A DNA stretch of 64,000 nucleotides from positions 96,644 to 160,643 of the forward strand of contig CAVOGN010000014.1 of NCBI GenBank assembly GCA_963695455.1, written 5' to 3'. Of the stretch, positions 59,790 through 64,000 are shown one piece after another. A model generated the notes under the pieces. It had not been told where the DNA came from. It worked only from the letters and a program-made list of their open reading frames with translations, and did no database searches. The translations under genes and the position numbers were made by a program. The DNA is from an uncultured Gammaproteobacteria bacterium. GTDB lineage: Bacteria; Pseudomonadota; Gammaproteobacteria; DSM-19610. Position 1 is the stretch's first letter. Each line of letters starts with the position of its first letter.

Positions 59790-62700
59790 ATGGGCGAATC
59801 TTCCAAATTCATCACTCCCAAACACCCGTCCCGGCGCCCGTTGCCGGAACACGGGCCATATCCAGTGCCGGAGCGCCCGCCGCTCGGTATCGCCGGCAAC
59901 ATGGCACGCTTTTTCATCGATTCCCCGCTCACCCCCATGCTCATGATGTTCGCCCTGGCGCTCGGCCTGTTGGGGCTGTTCATGACACCACGCCAGGAAG
60001 ACCCCCAGATCTCGGTGCCCATGATCGATATTTTTTTCCAGTATCCGGGCGCCTCGTCGGAACAGGTGGCGAACCTGGCGATCCAGCCGCTGGAACGCAT
60101 CATGAGCGAGATCACGGGGGTCAAGCACGTATACTCCGTCGCGGAGCGCGAACGCGGCATGGTCACGGTGCGCTTCAAAGTGGGCGAGCCCATGGAACCG
60201 TCCATCGTCAAGGTCCACGAAAAACTCCAGAGCAATCTGGACCTGATACCACCGGAAGTGTCCATGCCTCTGGTAAAGCCGCGGCGCGTCGACGATGTCC
60301 CGGTGGTCACGGTTACCCTGTGGTGTCCGGACCTGGCGGTGGATGACGCCCGGCTGCGTACTCTGGCGTTCGACGTTCTGCAACGCCTCGAGGAAGTCAA
60401 GGACACCGGGCCCGGGTTCGTGGTCGGCGGCCAGAAGTCGCAGATCCGCGTCGAGGTGCTGTCCGAGCGTCTGGCCGGCTATGACATGAGTCTCGACGAC
60501 GTGGCCGAGACAATACGCCAGGCCAACGCCGAGCGGGGTTCCGGCAACCTGGAAATGGATAACCGTGTGTTCCAGGTCAGCAGTGGTGCCTATCTGCGCA
60601 ATGCCAAAGACGTAGGCAACCTGGTCATCGGCACCCATCACGGGATGTCGGTCTATGTGCGCGACGTCGCCCGCGTGCTTGACGGGCCCGAGGAAACCGC
60701 CCGCCTGGCCAGTTTTTATACCGGCCCGGCCTGGCCGGAAGACGGACCGAGCGCCGACGGCGCGCCAGCCGTTACCATTGCGATCAGCAAGAAGGAAGGC
60801 ACCAACGGGGTGACGGTCGCCAACGCGATCCTGGACAAACTCGAGTCGCTGCAAGGCTATGTCATCCCGGAAGGCATCAAGGTCACCGTGACGCGCAATT
60901 ACGGCAAGACCGCAAACGAGAAGGTCAACGAGCTGCTGCTGGCGCTGCATGGTCGCCGCCGTCGCGGTCAGTATCATCTCGTTTGTCACCATCGGCCCGC
61001 GTCCGGCGCTGGTGGTGATTGTAGTAATCCCCATCATCGTACTGATTACCGTCTTTTCGGCGTGGGTGCTCGGCTTCACCATCGACCGCGTGAGTCTGTT
61101 CGCCCTGGTATTTTCGATCGGCATCATGGTCGATGACGCGACGGTGGTGGTGGAGAATATCTTCCGCCGCTGGCTGCAGGAGGACAGCATGACTATCGCG
61201 ACGGCGGTCGACGCAGTGCGCGAGGTCGGAAATCCCACCATCATCGCGACCCTGACTATCCTGGCGGCGCTGCTGCCCATGGGTTTCGTCAGCGGCATGA
61301 TGGGTCCCTACATGCAGCCCATACCGATGCTCGGGTCAGTCGCGATCGGCTTTTCGCTGTTTGCGGCCTTCGTGTTCACCCCCTGGTTTTCGTGGAAGCT
61401 GCGGCCGAAGCCTGTCGCATCTGGAACAGGCCGAACGGCGGGAAAGAAAGACCCAGGAGATTATCGGTCGGATCTACCGCCCTATCGTAACGCCTTTTGT
61501 ACGCAGCCGGCTGCTGGCCTGGCTGCTGTTCGCGGGCGTCGTCACGGCTTTCGTCCTGGCCTGCTCGATGTTCTACACCAACGCCGTCGTGGTCAAGATG
61601 CTGCCATTCGACAACAAACCCGAATTCAATGTGCTCATCAACCTGCCGGAGGGCACACCCCTGGCGGTTACCGCGAACGTGGCACACCGCCTCAGCGAGT
61701 CGCTGCGCACCGTACCCGAAGTCACCGCGCTGCAGAACTATGCGGGCACTGTGTCACCCTATAACTTCAACGGCATGGTGCGCCACTATTACCTGCGCGA
61801 CAAACCCTGGGAGGCCGACATCCAGGTCATGCTGCTCGACAAGCACGAGCGCGAACGCAGCAGTCATGACTATCGCGAGTGCGGCGCGCGAACTGTTGAC
61901 GCCGATCGCGCAACGGCTCGGAGCACGTATCGCCGTGGTGGAAATGCCGCCCGGCCCGCCGGTGCTGCAGACCATGGTAGCCGAGGTCTACGGTCCCGAT
62001 GCCGCAACCCGGCGCCAGGTCGCCGCGGACCTCACCGGCCTGTTCGAGGAGGTGCCGAACATTGTCGATGTCGACAACTATATGGCGGAACCCCATGACA
62101 TCTGGCGTTTCAGATGTCGACACCGAAAAGGCCACGCGGCGCGGGATCTCGGTAGACACCATCAATCGCAACATCGCCATGGCGATGGGCGATTACCAGC
62201 TGGGCGACGTGCACTACGGCCGCGGGCTGGAACCCATCTATATTGTGATGCAGTTGCCGCTTCGCAGCGCGTGGCGTGGTCAAGAACATCTGGGACCTGC
62301 CCATCAAGGCGGCTGACGGCAACACCGTGCCGCTCGGCGAACTGGGGCATTTTGCCATGACGCCCGAGGACCCGATCATTTATCGCAAGGATTTGCGGCC
62401 CATGGAATATGTGGTCGGCGAAATGGCGGGGCGACTCGGCGCACCGATCTACGGCATGCTCGCTGTGGAGGATCTGCTCAAGGGCTACGAGACCCCGGAC
62501 GGCGCAGTCCTGTCCGGCACACTCACCGGCGCGCCGGAAAGCAGCACGCGTTTCCGGCTTCGAATGGAGCGGCGAATGGGTGGTCACCTATGAAACGTTT
62601 CGCGACCTGGGGCTGGCCTTCGCTGCCGCGTCTGTTGCTGATCTATTTCCTGCTGGTCATCGAATTCCGCAATTTTCTCATTCCGATGACCGTCATGCTG

Positions 62701-63186
62701 CCCATCCCCCTGACCATTATCGGCATCGTCCCGGGGCACTGGCTGCTGGACGCCGAGTTCACCGCGACTTCCATGATCGGCTTCATCGCCCTGGCCGGAA
62801 TCGAGGTGCGCAACTCGATCCTGTTTGCCGATTTTGCCAAGAACAAGGTCCACCACGGAATGGATATCAGGGAAGCGGTGGTCCAGGCAGGTCAAATCCG
62901 CATGCGTCCGATCGTGGTAACGCAGCTCACCCTGATGGCGGGCGCAGGTGCAATTCTGTTTGATCCCATATTCCAGGGCATGGCGATCTCGCTGCTGTTC
63001 GGCGCATTGACTTCCATGACGCTTACCATGCTGACATTGCCGTTGCGCTGCATCGCGGCAAAACGCGCCTTCATGCCCGAATCGATCGAACAGGAGCAGA
63101 ACAGGAACAGGCGCTGCAACTGGAGAACGAAACGCCGGCGTCCGGGTCCCAGCCAGCGAGACGCAGTAGGACGCCACCGCGGGTAA
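59790..63186 (+). pseudogene. AcrB/AcrD/AcrF-family RND transporter with multiple frameshifts (probably sequence errors)
   Basis: PRQEDPQISVP, IGIMVDDATVVVENI, PMGFVSGMMGPYM, GFIALAGIEVRNSIL, RMRPI spread over at least 5 reading-frame segments. Confidence 0.88.
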
Positions 63187-63621
63187 CGCCCGGTCCGCGC
63201 ATCCGTCCGGGAAGCATAGCGCCAGCATCGGCAGCGCCGTGATTTCCCTTACCCAGGCTCTCTGGACAACCCGAGTCCGGGGACGTAACGCCACACGGAC
63301 TGGCGTCGAGACTCCAGCTCCACGCCACCCACCCAGCGCTGCATCCCGTTCAGAGCGACCCAGTCTGACCGCCACTCGATCAGCTCATCGCCGGCAGCGT
63401 GATTTCCACGTGCCAGTCAACCGGCTTGCCATCGTGCTTCTCGATGCATGCCTTAGCATTATTTCAGTATTGTTTCGGGCGCCTGAGCTGAAGCGGCGCT
63501 GCGGCGCCAAGCGATGAGTTCAGGCCGCCACCGCTGCTCCGATTTCAATCAACACGGGCGACGTTCCGGACTTGCGGGCTGCTCAGGCAGTCGAACCGCA
63601 TTTATCCAGACACAGGTCTGG

Positions 63622-63804
63622 CTATACCCGTTCGAGTTCTTCGCTTTCGACATCCAGACAGCGTTGTTTGGAGAGAATCGCTATCAGCTGACTGAGGTTG
63701 CGGAAGGATGTTGTTTCCCCGTTTTCAACGTCCTCGACAATGCCAACGACACGATCCGGGTGGTGTTCGTCTCTGCGATAGATACGCAGGATGTAGTTTT
63801 CCAC
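63622..63804 (-). CDS. Small hypothetical protein (60 aa)
   Basis: GGGAG RBS, GTG start, ENYILRIYRR...VGIVEDV...SFRNLSQLIAIL. Confidence 0.6.
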   Translation of the reverse strand: MENYILRIYRRDEHHPDRVVGIVEDVENGETTSFRNLSQLIAILSKQRCLDVESEELERV

Positions 63805-64000
63805 GCGAATACTCCCTTTCCAATATGCATCCCTGCCGCCAGAGGCCGTAGTGTACTTCATGCCCGCGCCTGCGCACCACTGCCTGGCCCAGCGGGGCGA
63901 CAACCGGCAAGCGCGCGATTCCGCGGTCGGCCGGGGCATCGCTGGCGGATAACATCAGGTTTCTCAAGGTGTTCGTTGCCTTCCTGAGGAAACACCTTGC

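Overview
High-GC bacterial chromosomal window, most likely from a sulfur-oxidising gammaproteobacterium (inferred from a sulfur-globule-type protein, two SulP permeases and GTAG-type REP elements). Contents in order: partial HDOD gene; a cytochrome b-like/pentaheme c/TPR fusion with CRTAC1(ASPIC/UnbV) and TPR genes; sulfur globule protein; CNNM/CBS protein; membrane PAS-GGDEF-EAL; an arylsulfatase/outer-membrane uptake/AraC/DUF1302-DUF1329 region; a nine-gene V/A-type ATPase operon; an internally deleted KimA-like permease; orphan secF; hrpB; an IS3 remnant beside a lower-GC SulP; folE; DUF4197; an amidase-MamK-like actin operon with a divergent tail-anchored coiled-coil gene; a second SulP; an outer-membrane efflux factor; a cfa/furan-fatty-acid-type operon with TGTACA boxes in 11-bp phase; a CPA2 antiporter; and an RND transporter. 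The best candidate for an undescribed system is the MamK-like actin, which has no recognisable magnetosome genes nearby, is translationally coupled to a membrane-anchored peptidoglycan amidase and faces a 32-aa-repeat coiled-coil protein (42468-45933). Several patches carry dense frameshifts that look like assembly errors. No rRNA, tRNA or CRISPR array was recognised. Family assignments rest on motif recognition from memory, not database searches.
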